Notes under the pieces: model-generated
Told to the model about the DNA's origin: nothing
Seen by the model: only the letters and a program-made list of their open reading frames with translations
Database searches by the model: none
Translations under genes and position numbers: made by a program
In this document: piece by piece, positions 12,480 to 24,109 of the stretch
Layout: each line of letters opens with the position of its first letter
How positions within the stretch are numbered: position 1 is the first letter of the stretch
From: Octopus bimaculoides
Taxonomy: Eukaryota
NCBI RefSeq assembly: GCF_001194135.2
Contig: NC_068987.1
Coordinates: 84,719,590 to 84,780,785, forward strand
DNA: 61,196 nucleotides
Reading direction: 5' to 3'

Positions 12480-12587
12480 TTTCTACTCTAGACACAAGGC
12501 CCGAAATTTTGGGGGAGGGGACCAGTCGATTAGATCGACCCCAGTACGCAACTGGTACTTAATTTATCGACCCTGAAAGGATGAAAT
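12480..12587 (-). mobile_element. SINE family B, 3' half
   Basis: CACAAGGCCCGAAATTTTGGGGGAGGGG...GTCGATTAGATCGACCCCAGTACGCAACTGGTACTTAATTTATCGACC. Confidence 0.9.
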
Positions 12588-13268
12588 GCATGTGCGTTTC
12601 TGCGCGTGCGTATACGTATCTCTATGTAAATATACACAGATATAGATATGTAATATGCATATGTACATATCTAAACATGCGTGTGTGTGTGTGTGTGAGG
12701 GAAATCTTACTTCTACATCTAACTCGTTAAGAGTTCACAAATTACTTTTTCTTTGTTACCTTGAAAAAACTTTTGTATCGATTTAGTCAAAGACGTTAAA
12801 TGACATATGTTCCATTCTTCATAAATTCCTACTTTGTATATATCACTCACAACATCGTACAATATAACCCTCATATTTACAGATTTGATTTGTAAGACAT
12901 TCGGTAACTACGTTAACCAGCATCAACGAAACTGAGATGTTATTTGTCTTCACGAAACCCTCACACTTCACATAATAAAAAAGTGCCTTGTTCTCAGAAA
13001 ATTGTTATAAGACAAACCGTGTTCTTAGCTATTTATTATAGGTAAGGTTTTTTTCTTTGTTTTGTAGTTTTCTACCGCTAACTTCTCAGCTTAAACTCTA
13101 TAGAAATCACCTCTACATTTTGCTTCTCCGTTGTATATAGAAAAGCTTATGAGACCTAATTGGACCTAGTTAATCAAATATAGATTCAGCTTGCAGATGA
13201 GTGGCGCTCTAGCGATGGAATCTGTTGTGTCGACGCCCCCAAGCGAAGTAGTAGGATCGCCCAAGACA

Positions 13269-13302
13269 TATAAATAGAGGTAGTCTAGCCGTGGTGTTTA
13301 GT
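13269..13302 (+). promoter_or_regulatory. candidate core promoter (TATA box plus initiator)
   Basis: TATAAA at 13269-13274 and TTAGT at 13298-13302 with the A at 13300 (31 nt spacing). Motif-only evidence. Confidence 0.3.
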
Positions 13303-13328
13303 AACAGTTGAGTAGAGATCATCCGAAA

Positions 13329-13388
13329 ATGCTAGATAGCAGTAGCTTGAGACATAACAGAGTAATTCCTTATCTCTCAACAAGATTG
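13329..13388 (+). CDS. candidate first coding exon, MLDSSSLRHNRVIPYLSTRL, phase 0
   Basis: ATG with A at -3, 20 open codons, ending exactly at TTG|GTGAGT. No homology recognised. Confidence 0.25.
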
Positions 13389-13620
13389 GTGAGTAGAAAA
13401 TGGTAACCCAAATATTGTATTTTAATATTCTTTGCACAAACTTACAGCTATGTTACTTTCTACAAAGTAAAAATAATACATAAAATTTCCGTAACGCGAG
13501 AATATGTAATTCGGCTAGGAAGTGATTATAGAGAAAATCCTTTTTAATCGTGTTAATTCAAACGGCTACTTGTAAGTCCTACTGAGTAAATATGGATGCA
13601 AATACATAAAATTAATGTCT

Positions 13621-14002
13621 AGACAGGCGAGGTTGTGTGGTAAGTAGTTTCCTTCCAAACTACATGGTTCCGCTTTCAGACTTACTGCGTGGCACCATGC
13701 GTCTTTCAGTTTAGCTTCGAAGTGACCAGAGTCTTGTAAGTAGATTTGGTAGACAGAAACTGAAAGATGTATGTATGTGAGAGTGTGTGTGTGTTTGTGA
13801 TATGCTTGTCTTCTACGACTGTTTGGCAACCGGTGTTGGTGTGTTTACGTCCCCGTAATTTAACGGTTCTACAAAAGTAACCGGTAGAATAAGTACCATG
13901 TTTTTAAAAAAAAAATACTGTGATATATTATTTCGGCTAAAATTCTTCAAGACGTTGCCTCAGCATAACCACAATCTAATGACTGAGACAAGTAAAAGAT
14001 AA
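13621..14002 (+). mobile_element. SINE family A, diverged
   Basis: TGTGTGGTAAGTAG head, GATTTGGTAGACAGAAACTGAAAGA middle, ATGACTGAGACAAGTAAAAGA tail. Confidence 0.85.
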
Positions 14003-15365
14003 TACGTGATAAGAATTCAGAAACTTAGAGAGAACATGAAAGTATTCGTTTTTTAACGGTTGTACTCGCAATAGATAAACCTATAAATAGTTGCCTGCAT
14101 ATAAAAAGCCGGAGACTGTTACAAGAAGCAATTGCTAGTTTCAGATTTGCTGCTGAACATCTTTTTCGAATAAAGTGAAATGAACTTCATGTCAGAGAAT
14201 TAATGAATCCATTTAGTTTGCGGTAGTTTATGCAATTTTTCTCATACATTGATCTTGAAATGTATAACATCAAATTAAATCATCTTGAATTAAATAGAAA
14301 TTAATTCGGCGACTCACAACGTTTCTGAACACCCGAAACAATTTCGAAACTGAAATTTAGCGTATCATTGGAATAACCTTTTCCTCTTAAACTGAAAAAC
14401 ACAATTTACTTATAATCTCTGTCTAGTAGATTTAATCAAATCCTCTGTTGGGACTTTATTTTATCAACCCCAGAAGTGAGAAAGGCTAGTCGACTTCTAG
14501 TGGAATTTGAAATGAGAATGTGAAGGGGCTCGGGCAATAACACACAGCATACAAATACTAATTATATTATAGTTACATAACTTACGCTTAGGATATATTG
14601 ATTTCTTGTTTTATGTTTAAAAGATATGGTTCACAGAAAGTGACTATTGCTTCGTAGACTCTTAGCGTTTAGTTAGATTGAAGCGAAGTGTATGGTTATA
14701 TAATTCTTGTGAATTCATGAAGAAGCATAGTCGAGATTATATTGTCTTGAATTCATATTATCAGCATTGAAATGATACAATACTAAGTTGGCTGTTGTAG
14801 TATATGATCAGATAAAGCAAGGGAACACAAGTGGTGCTGAATCCAAGACATTTAGTCTGCGCTCAGCTCGACAAAATTTCATTTTGAAATACTATAAGGC
14901 TCCTAAACTTGTCAGAATGAATGTTAAAATCGAAGGAATAAGTTTTCGTCTGCACTCTAATCCGAGAAGTTGTAACTCTGTAACAAGTAAATAAAGCCAT
15001 ATGTAAATAATAATTAACTTCCTCTATAATAAATACCTTTCATTAAAAATATATTAACGTAAATTGTATTCTTTAATTATTACATGCTAGATTTAACGCG
15101 AATGGAAGCTATATCATGTAACACGTATTCTAATTTAGAAGTGAATTCTGAATAAACGTTTTACCAGTTCTCTTCAAGAGAAAGGAATTCAGGAATTTAT
15201 TTGTACCAGCAATTTCACAGCGACAGAAGTGGTTCATGGCCACAGTTATATGAGTTGTTTTAATTATAGAAACAATAAAAACTGATATATTTCCTAGACA
15301 TAGATATATATTTCAAACACTATTATGTTACTACCGAGTGAATTCACGCTTTCATATTTTAGTGT

Positions 15366-15683
15366 GAAGGCGCGTGGCTTAATGGTTCGGGTTTTCGACT
15401 TACAATGATAAGGTCGTGCGTTCAACTCCTAGCAGTGCGTTGTCTCTTTGAGCAAGACACTTTATTTCACCTTGCTTCAGTTCACGCATCTAGTAAAAAT
15501 GAGTAGTACCAGTAATTCAACGGGCCACCCTTGCCACTTACTCTATTACGCTGAATCTCTATGAGAACTGTGTTTAGGGTGCACGTCTCTGTGGAATGCC
15601 CAGTCACTTGCACCTTAATTTCACGAGCAGGCTGTACTGTTGATCGGATCAACTGGAACACTCGTCGTAATCGACGGAGTGCC
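15366..15683 (+). mobile_element. tRNA-headed CORE-like SINE with a second type of 3' module
   Basis: A-box TGGCTTAATGG, B-box GTTCAACTCC, TTGAGCAAGACACTT core, tail TTAATTTCACGAGCAGGCTG...GACGGAGTGCC. Confidence 0.82.
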
Positions 15684-16972
15684 TATTATATTTTAGTATT
15701 AATACAAGTAATAGTTTATTGGTTCCCCGTTGCATTAATTACGAAATCAAGCCTAGCAATAATTAAATCAAAAAATTCGAAAGTTAAAATTTGATATTCT
15801 AAATCATTTAATATAAAGCTACTCCGTCTATCAAATTCACCTCCCTATTATTTTTAATTTAGTTTGTCAGTAAGTTAGAACAGTGAATGAATGTGTTGAA
15901 TGTGCAATATAAAGAGTCTCAAAGCGGATTCGGTTTCCGAATTAACTAATTTCACTTTATACTGTTCTAATCCTTAGTAAACGGATGCTTTTCATCAATA
16001 ATTTTCCCACCTCAGATGCAACATTTTAATATATGGAAAATCAAATCACTGTCGCTTGGTTGTTGTTGTTCTTGGCTACTGGTTGACTTAATGAACGGAA
16101 ATATGTTTCTTGGGCTGCGTGTAGAAATAACTGAAACTCCACGAATATTTAACGGAAAATTCTATTATCGAACATAAAGACGTTTGCTTTTTATAAATAA
16201 CAACAGAAATAATTGCACAGGGAAAAGAAGATAATTCTTGGAGTGAACGGTAAGCTATTGATACGGCAACATGCGGCTGGCTCAGCATTATTGGAAACAA
16301 TTGAACTCTATTCGTGGCGACAGTGTTTTTCTGTCATGTATCTGCGTTGTCTATCACAGCCGCCTTCCTGGGTCATCAGGCTGTTTAAAATGTGCCCCGA
16401 ACGGTTTTTTTTTTTATAGGGGACCGGAAATCAGATTCTAAAATGATCAAGGAAATCTGCCCATGTGCTGACTATCATTTAATAAATTAATCAAGTGAAC
16501 CTATTGTGGTTTGCTCGAGATGTCAGAGAGCGTATTCAAGGATTCAGTTTCGAATCCCCGTTACACTACCATTAGTTCCGTTCATTTGCAACTAATAAAT
16601 AATTTGACAATTAGTGTTTGGTCCTTCAACTTTCTGAGATCGAATGCGATTTGATACGACCTGGCCTTCTACCAATCAAGGAACAATAAACAGACATGCA
16701 TATAATCTTTCTCTATTTTCTATAAAAAATATTGTACTATTCCTGATCAAAAATATAGAGATATTCTAAGTACATTAATTGATGCAGATAGTATATCATG
16801 CAAAGCATAACAAAATTTTTAATACATTACCTTCGGTTTCAAAATCAAGATTTTCAAACAAAACGCAACACAGCTTACTTGCGGATTTTTAACTCTGTAA
16901 TTTATGGAAGTCGCTGATGTATTTCAGGAATATATAAAGCGCCATTGTACTTCAGAAAACAGTAAAAGATAT

Positions 16973-17157
16973 NNNNNNNNNNNNNNNNNNNNNNNNNNNN
17001 NNNNNNNNNNNNNNNNNNNNNNNNNNNNNNNNNNNNNNNNNNNNNNNNNNNNNNNNNNNNNNNNNNNNNNNNNNNNNNNNNNNNNNNNNNNNNNNNNNNN
17101 NNNNNNNNNNNNNNNNNNNNNNNNNNNNNNNNNNNNNNNNNNNNNNNNNNNNNNNNN
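16973..17157. other. assembly gap
   Basis: N run. Confidence 0.99.
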
Positions 17158-18192
17158 TATATATATTGTGTGTGAATAATATATTTTAATTAATTCTGCG
17201 CACAAGACTTCAGATTGTATACACTATATCTACCATTGCTTAATTTATGTTATTCTGTTGCGAACAAGGACGACGACAGCAACAACAACAAACGCAACGG
17301 TAACAATAACGATGCCTCTTTATTGTGACGAGATCAAGTGCAATAATTAGCCATTTACTATAACACATTGATTAGGGAACTTTACCGAACAAGCTTCAGG
17401 CAGGAACACTTCGACAGAGATACTATGACACAAGGATAATGCATTTGCTTTAATTTAGTTCAAATTCTGATACGGAACTGTTTCATTTATAAGAAGCAGT
17501 TTTGTACTCAACAAAAGGATGTTATCAGTGAAGAATTCATCATGTAGCAGAGATATCTGCATGAATAGACCTATTCGCAAATTTACTTTCTTTATTTTAT
17601 ATGTATCTGATATTTATTTTTCTGATTTTGTTCCCCGAATACTTTTGAATGATCGTAAGCCATCTTTGTGTAAGGAGATATGTAGTTGAATAGCGGTAAA
17701 CAAACTAACCAAAGAGGCAAAAAGCACAGATGTCCTCGCCTTGATTATATAGTCTTTTACACAAGCAGCGGAAATTTAAGCCAATATGTGTCTTTTTAAC
17801 AATAGAGGGATTTACGCTGCTATATCTAGAGGGTTGTGTTATCACACTGCGTCTCCTTCGTTAGTGTGATAACGGTAATGTTTCTCCCCGGATTAAGGAG
17901 AAATACGAAAAACTATAATCAAAACGTTAATTCAGTGAACATCTCGATTTTTATATATTCAGTTGGTGTGAAATGTGACTGAGGAATTCAAGTTAAAAAT
18001 TCTCAACACTCGAAGAAGTAGAGGTAGAAATAGCATTTGGGAACAAGATAAAACCTGAAAAGAAAATGTTCGACTCCATTTCATCGTACGCAGTAATATC
18101 ACATGTTGCATCCATAATGGTTGATTTTTTTCAATACATCGCGCGCGCGCACACATACACATTCACACCCACGTACGCACACACACACGCAC

Positions 18193-18231
<39 letters not shown>

Positions 18232-18604
18232 NNNNNNNNNNNNNNNNNNNNNNNNNNNNNNNNNNNNNNNNNNNNNNNNNNNNNNNNNNNNNNNNNNNNN
18301 NNNNNNNNNNNNNNNNNNNNNNNNNNNNNNNNNNNNNNNNNNNNNNNNNNNNNNNNNNNNNNNNNNNNNNNNNNNNNNNNNNNNNNNNNNNNNNNNNNNN
18401 NNNNNNNNNNNNNNNNNNNNNNNNNNNNNNNNNNNNNNNNNNNNNNNNNNNNNNNNNNNNNNNNNNNNNNNNNNNNNNNNNNNNNNNNNNNNNNNNNNNN
18501 NNNNNNNNNNNNNNNNNNNNNNNNNNNNNNNNNNNNNNNNNNNNNNNNNNNNNNNNNNNNNNNNNNNNNNNNNNNNNNNNNNNNNNNNNNNNNNNNNNNN
18601 NNNN
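18232..18604. other. assembly gap
   Basis: N run. Confidence 0.99.
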
Positions 18605-19056
18605 GCTCTGCAGTAATTTTGGGAGCTGTACTTTTGTGATCCTTTCTAAGAATTCACATAAGAATCTGACTTTCCCTTTCTGAAAGTGTTAGTCTTCTTC
18701 CGGAGTGTTGTTGCGACGGGAAGGTTTTCCCCTTTTTCTGAAAGTCTCTGATTACTTTCAGTACAGTACTTCTTGATACACCAAACATTGCGGTTGTTTT
18801 CGTTACGATAGCGCCTGCCATACGAGCACCAACAATTTGACCTCTTTGAAAGACTGATAGATCAGTCATTTTAATGAATTTTAATTAGTTTTTTTTTATT
18901 TCTGATGATATCCGCAAAGAAACAGCAATTTTAGCAAAACATATTTAGCAACACAAATGTTAATCAATAAACATAAAAAATATACAAGCTTTTGTCGGTT
19001 TTATAGATATTTCAAAATTATGATGCTAGGTGTTTACATTATTTGGCCAACCCTTG
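18605..19056 (-). mobile_element. Tc1-like DNA transposon, 5' end with decayed transposase N-terminus
   Basis: Minus translation MTDLSVFQRGQIVGARMAGAIVTKTTAMFGVSRSTVLKV...SGRRLTLSERESQILM*ILRKDHKSTAPKITAE is a typical Tc1 paired-like HTH. Terminus TA|CAAGGGTTGGCCAAATAATGTAAACACC. The rest is lost in the gap. Confidence 0.9.
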
Positions 19057-19061
19057 TATAG

Positions 19062-19352
19062 GAGCACTCCGTCGGTTACGACAACGTGGGTCCCAGCTGA
19101 TATGATCAACGGAACTGTTTGGTCGTGAAATTAACTTGCAAGTGGCAGAGCATTCCAGACATGCGTCCCCTTGATATGGTTCTCAGGGAGATTCAACGTG
19201 ACAAAGAACATGAAAAGGCTAGCCCTTTTCAAATACAGGTACTGAGTAAACTGGAACAACGTGAAATAAAGTGTCTTGCTGAAGGACACAACGCGTCTCC
19301 GGGAATTGAATTCATGACCTTACGAGCGTGGGTCCAATGCCCTAACCACCTA
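19062..19352 (-). mobile_element. CORE-like SINE, same family as 15366-15683
   Basis: Shared tail module (CACTCCGTCGGTTACG...CGTGAAATTAAC) and GTGAAATAAAGTGTCTTGCT core in reverse. Confidence 0.82.
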
Positions 19353-19487
19353 CGTATCTTGAAAATATAACTTTACAAGACGACTTGTGAGAGTAACCTT
19401 AAAGTTTCGACCTGCTACCCTTGGAAGCTTTGGACTGTCGACGGTCATTTTCATATTTCTGGTAAGGTTTTGTAAATATACTCGTGG

Positions 19488-19860
19488 AACTTCGTCGGTT
19501 GCCACGAGGAGGGTTCCAATTGATCCGATCAACAGAACAGCCTGCTCGTGAAATTAACGTGCAAGTGGCTAAGCACTCCACTAACACATGTACCCTTAAT
19601 GTAGTTCTCGAGGACATTCAGCGTGACACAGAATGTGACAACGCTGGCCCCTTTGAAATACAGGCACAACAGAAACCGGAAGAAAGAGTGAGAGAAAGTT
19701 GTAGCGAAAGAGTACAACAGGATTCGCCACCCCTTGCCGGGGCCTCGTCGAGCTTAAGGTGTTTTCACTCAATAAATGCGAACAACGCCAGGTCTCGGAA
19801 TCGAAACGACGTTCCTACGACCGCGAGTCTGCAGCCCTAACCCCTGGGCCATTGCGCCAC
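19488..19860 (-). mobile_element. tRNA-headed SINE with the same 3' module but a different middle
   Basis: Tail matches 19062-19352; middle ACAACAGAAACCGGAAGAAAGAGTGAGAG is different; head has TGGCCCAGGGG and GTTTCGATTCC on the minus strand. Confidence 0.78.
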
Positions 19861-19939
19861 CACAGTAAATATAGTAAATATTTACCAAAAGTATTGGGTA
19901 ATTTTTCAGTTTAAAGAGAAAGACAGACAGACAGGCAGA

Positions 19940-19975
<36 letters not shown>

Positions 19976-20127
19976 TTGCATTCAAATATAATTGCAACAT
20001 GTATAAAGTTTAGAATGTCCGATCATTCTTGGATTTATATTGTTTCAAATGGCAGGCTTCACTCGCATCATATTGGAGCCTATACCAGCAATGATATGTC
20101 TTTCATACAATATTACTAACAATCATT

Positions 20128-21177
20128 AAGGCACCAAGCTGGCAAAAATAATTAACCCACCGGGAAAAATATTTAGTGGTATTTCGGCCGTCTTTATGAT
20201 CTGAGTTCAAATTCTGCCTGGTTCGACTTTAATTTTCAGGGTCGAAAACGTGTATTAGTTGAACACTGGGGTCGCTAACATCGACTTACCCAACTTCTTA
20301 AATTTCTGGCAAAATGCCAAAGTTAGAAACAGATATTACTAATAATTCTCAGACGGCGAGCTGGCAGAAACGTTAGCACGCCAGGTGAAATGCTTAATGG
20401 TATTTCGTCTGTCTTTATGCTCCGAGTTAAAATTCCGCCAAGGTTGACTTTGCCTTTCATCCTTCGGGGTCGATAAATTAAATACAAGTTACGCACTAGG
20501 GTCGACCTAATCGATATAATCCCTTTGTCTTTGATTGTCCGCTCTATGTTTAGCCCCTTGTGGGCAATAAAGAAATAAGAAACGTTAGAACGCCTGGCGA
20601 AATGCTTAGCAGTATTTCGTCTGCCTTGAGGCTCTGAGTTCAAATTCCGCTGAGGTCGACTTTGTCTTTCATCCTTTCGGGGTCGATAAATTAAGTACCA
20701 GTTGCGTAATGGGATTGATCTAATCAAATTGCACCATCCCCCAAAATTTCGGGCCTTGTGTCTAGATTAGAAAAGAATCGTTAGCATGCCAGGCGAAATG
20801 CTTTGCGGTATTTCGGCTGCCGCTACATTCTGAGTTCAAATTCCGTCGTGGTCGACTTTGCTTTTCATCCTTTCGGGGTAGATTAAATTAGTACCAGTAA
20901 CACAAGTGAGGTCGATGTAATCGACCTTATCCCAGCTTTGAGTTCTTGTCCTTCCAGTAGAAAGGACAGTACTAACAATTATAAAACGGCAAGCTGGCAG
21001 AATATTTAAGACGCCGGGCGAAATGCTGTTACGTTCTGAATTCAAATTATGCCGAGGTTGGCTTTACTTTTCATCCTTCCGGGGTCGATTAAATTAGTAC
21101 CAGTGAAACACTGGGGTCGATGTGATCGACTAGTACCCTCCCCACAAATTTGAGTCCTTGTGCTTATAGTAGAAAGA
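20128..21177 (+). mobile_element. head-to-tail array of five SINE family B units
   Basis: Units start at about 20128, 20351, 20580, 20777 and 20982, each with GAGTTCAAATT...GTCGAC/GGGGT(C/A)GA-type motifs. Confidence 0.9.
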
Positions 21178-22059
21178 CATATCTAATAATTATTCTATTA
21201 CCCATCTGAGATTGGTTTTGTCTTTTCAGAATGAGTCATGTTATATTTCTTACTGAAATATAGCTGTTTTTATTTCGAATTTTCTCAGTATTTTTTTCTG
21301 TTTTCTTTATTTATTATTATTTTTTTTTTTTGCTGTGAAAGCAATGCTTCCGTGCATTAATTGCCATGATTGTGTATGTATGTGCGCATGCGTAGTTGTT
21401 CGTTTGTTTTGGTATTATCTGTACATTTGAATAAATGCTTGTGTGCGTTTGTATTGCATGTCTTTCCTTCTTCACCGTACGTGTAGAAGTGTCACCTGCT
21501 ATACGCTTCACCCACAGTGCCGAAGCTCTCACTTTTCCCTATCCTAACCTACTTCCTGCTCCTTCTTGAAAGATTTGCCCGATTCCAAGCTTGTCTCTCC
21601 CTCTCTCTCTCTGACCCTTAATACCTCTATCGATTCTTGCACGTCTCTAGAATATTCCCTATATCATTATTTCATCAAATGATTTTTATTAAAGTGAGAA
21701 GTCAAATAATTTAATTGAAGTGAGTTCAAATAACGGTCAAGTACAACTGCGTTCATGTACGCTGCAATCACTTACGTTTGATAAATTGTTTCTGTATATG
21801 TATGTCTGTATGTGTATGTGAGTGTGTGTGTGAATTTGCGCGTCCGCCAGTGTGTGTGTGTGTGGATGCGTGTACGTTGTCCCTCTTTTCTTCACGTTGC
21901 TTTGTTTGTATCTCTCATTTTAGATTCATTGGTGAATCTCCGTCTTTTACTCTTCCAATCCTTTTCCTGATCTTTTTCAAAAGATTTACCATCACTTCGT
22001 TTTTCCCTTCCCTTTTTGCTAGTTTTCTCTTTATCGCAATCCATTTCTCGATCATTTTC

Positions 22060-22080
22060 TCCCCCCTCCACCTCTCTCTC

Positions 22081-22130
<50 letters not shown>

Positions 22131-22158
22131 TCTGTAGAAATGTGTGTGTGTGTGTGTG
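22060..22158. repeat. (CT)n followed by (GT)n
   Basis: Seen directly. Confidence 0.95.
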
Positions 22159-22284
22159 CGTTATGCTCATGATCGCGAACAGTGTTTCGATTCCCAGTTG
22201 GACCGTACGTCGTGTTCTAGGCCGAAACACTCCATTTAACTTTGCTTACGCTACAATTCACTTAACGTTTCCTAGTCTCAATTA

Positions 22285-22550
22285 ATCGACTGCGACCATA
22301 CTGGAGCAACTCCTGAGCTATGTAGGGGAACAAATGGTCTCGAGTACTTAATTTGAAGTGTGATTTCTTTTTGTTATGAAGTTATAGGGACATAAACAAA
22401 TCAACACCGGTTTCCATGCGGACTGTGGGAAAAAATGACACACGAAAAAACTGGCACATATACATACAAGGTGTGGCATAGCTGGACTGAACTCAAAACC
22501 ACATTGTTGCAAAGCGTGCTTGTTACCAACATTGCCATACTTGCACCTAT
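22285..22550 (-). mobile_element. SINE family A, old degraded copy
   Basis: GACTGCGACCATACTGGAGCA...GGACTGAACTCAAAACCAC...TTGCACCTAT, collinear with the family. Confidence 0.65.
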
Positions 22551-22876
22551 AAATAGCATTTCAGTTACTGACGCCTGATAAAAAGAGGACTTGTCACATC
22601 CACTCTATTTTCATCTACTTTAAAAAAAATGAGATTAAATGTTAATTAAATTTGTTTGTTGAATTAAAGAGTTCTTGGGTATTCTTAGATCCCAGATATA
22701 TAATGTTTTCTCTGCTAACATTAACTAGAATTTTCTTTGTCTGGAGTACAAGTGGAACGAAGTTAATTTGGTAATGAAAACAAACAAATGAAAATGGCTT
22801 TCTTAGAGAAAAAAAAGAGTCACAGAATACGAATATATCCATATGTTACAGTTGTATATTTGAAAGATGAAGAATT

Positions 22877-23239
22877 ATGTACATTATTTACATTATTTAC
22901 ATTTGACGGATATTTTCCTCATGTTGTTTGTTGTTACCACAATGTTTTGGCTTGTATACCCTCCAGCTTCATCAAGTGTCTGAAGGAAATTTCGAACCTG
23001 GGTTCTCATTCCCAAGGTAGTTTTCGATGTTATTATTATTATCATTATTATTATTATTATTATTCAGATCACTGCCTGGAATCGAACTCGGATTTTGGGG
23101 TTAGTAGCTCGCGCTCTTAACCACTACGCCATATGCCCGTGGCATATGGCGTAGGGTATATCAGCCGAAACGTTGTGCTAACAACAAACAAGATGAGGAC
23201 AAACATCCATCAAATGTAAATAATGTAAATAATGTACAT
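22877..23239. mobile_element. tRNA-headed non-autonomous element with hammerhead-like 3' region, in a head-to-head palindrome
   Basis: Minus copy 23137-22877: A-box TGGCGTAGTGG, B-box GAGTTCGATTCC, (AAT)n, hammerhead-like motif. The plus copy is internally deleted. Outer arms 22877-22961 and 23154-23239 are about 90% identical. Confidence 0.85.
22937..22980 (-). ncRNA. degenerate minimal type I hammerhead ribozyme-like motif
   Basis: GACAC-UUGAUGA-A-GCUGGAGGGUAUACAAGC-C-AAAAC-AUU-GUGG. The sister arm supplies the intact CAGCC-GAAAC-GUU-GUG at 23162-23177. Confidence 0.6.
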
Positions 23240-24109
23240 TCATATCTTGTTTCATATATATATATGATCCTTTCAAAAGAATGCACAATTGTTTAGAGAT
23301 AAACTGGGTGATTCCGAAAAGAATATTGCAGGAATTGTGACGTTTATTATAATGTAAATAACTTCCATCGATCTCTCCAAGAATGAGAGTAGAGGAACAA
23401 AAGAGCAATAACGTGCGCTCTTCTACAATCGTCATGGCATTTCAACAAAGTCAAAATTTTCAAATTATCAACTACAATGAAAATTAATTTTTTGGCGTAT
23501 CATATGACTTGCGTCTGTGTAGTAAGAAGTTTGCTACCCAAATTTCCTGTCAAATATCTCAAAAAATCTTCTTTCGTCGTACTTAACGTCGATGTATCAT
23601 CATGATTATTATTTTCGTCATTTAATCTAACAAAATGGGTTCCTTCTAATTCCCTTGTTCATCGTCTTCTCTCAGTTTTGCTTATTCTTTCTAAGAAAAC
23701 ACAACTCCAAACCTCTCCTCAACACTATTATATTTCTGCAATTAATGTTGATTTAATCGCCTGTAATCACTTTCGGTCTTACATGTTTTTCATTCCTAGA
23801 TTTAATGCGAAAAAATTACTTTTTATTATTTTCTTTCAGAAATTGAAACGCGAGGACGTTTAAATGAGCAAGTAACTATAAGCTTATGAAAGAATCACCA
23901 TTCTAAGTGGAAGTATGTCAAAAAGATACATTTCAAAGATTTTTTTAAATTTCTTTTCGGTGTGAGAAGATAATCCCGATCAGAAAAACGGTTGATAGCT
24001 AACATCACGTGTAGATTCCAGCATGACCACCGTCATATGATTGAAACAAGTAAAAGAGTATATACATATGGGACCATGTGGTTGGGAAACAAGCTTCTTA
24101 TTTGTCTAC

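Noticed and set aside
20128-21177. Repeat array as a possible CRISPR or ncRNA gene cluster
   Set aside because: Units are ~200-bp diverged SINE copies also dispersed through the window; there is no short repeat/unique spacer pattern and no cas genes.
23065-23137. tRNA gene call for the A-box/B-box segment
   Set aside because: Acceptor and anticodon stems do not pair properly; it is the head of a repeat element.
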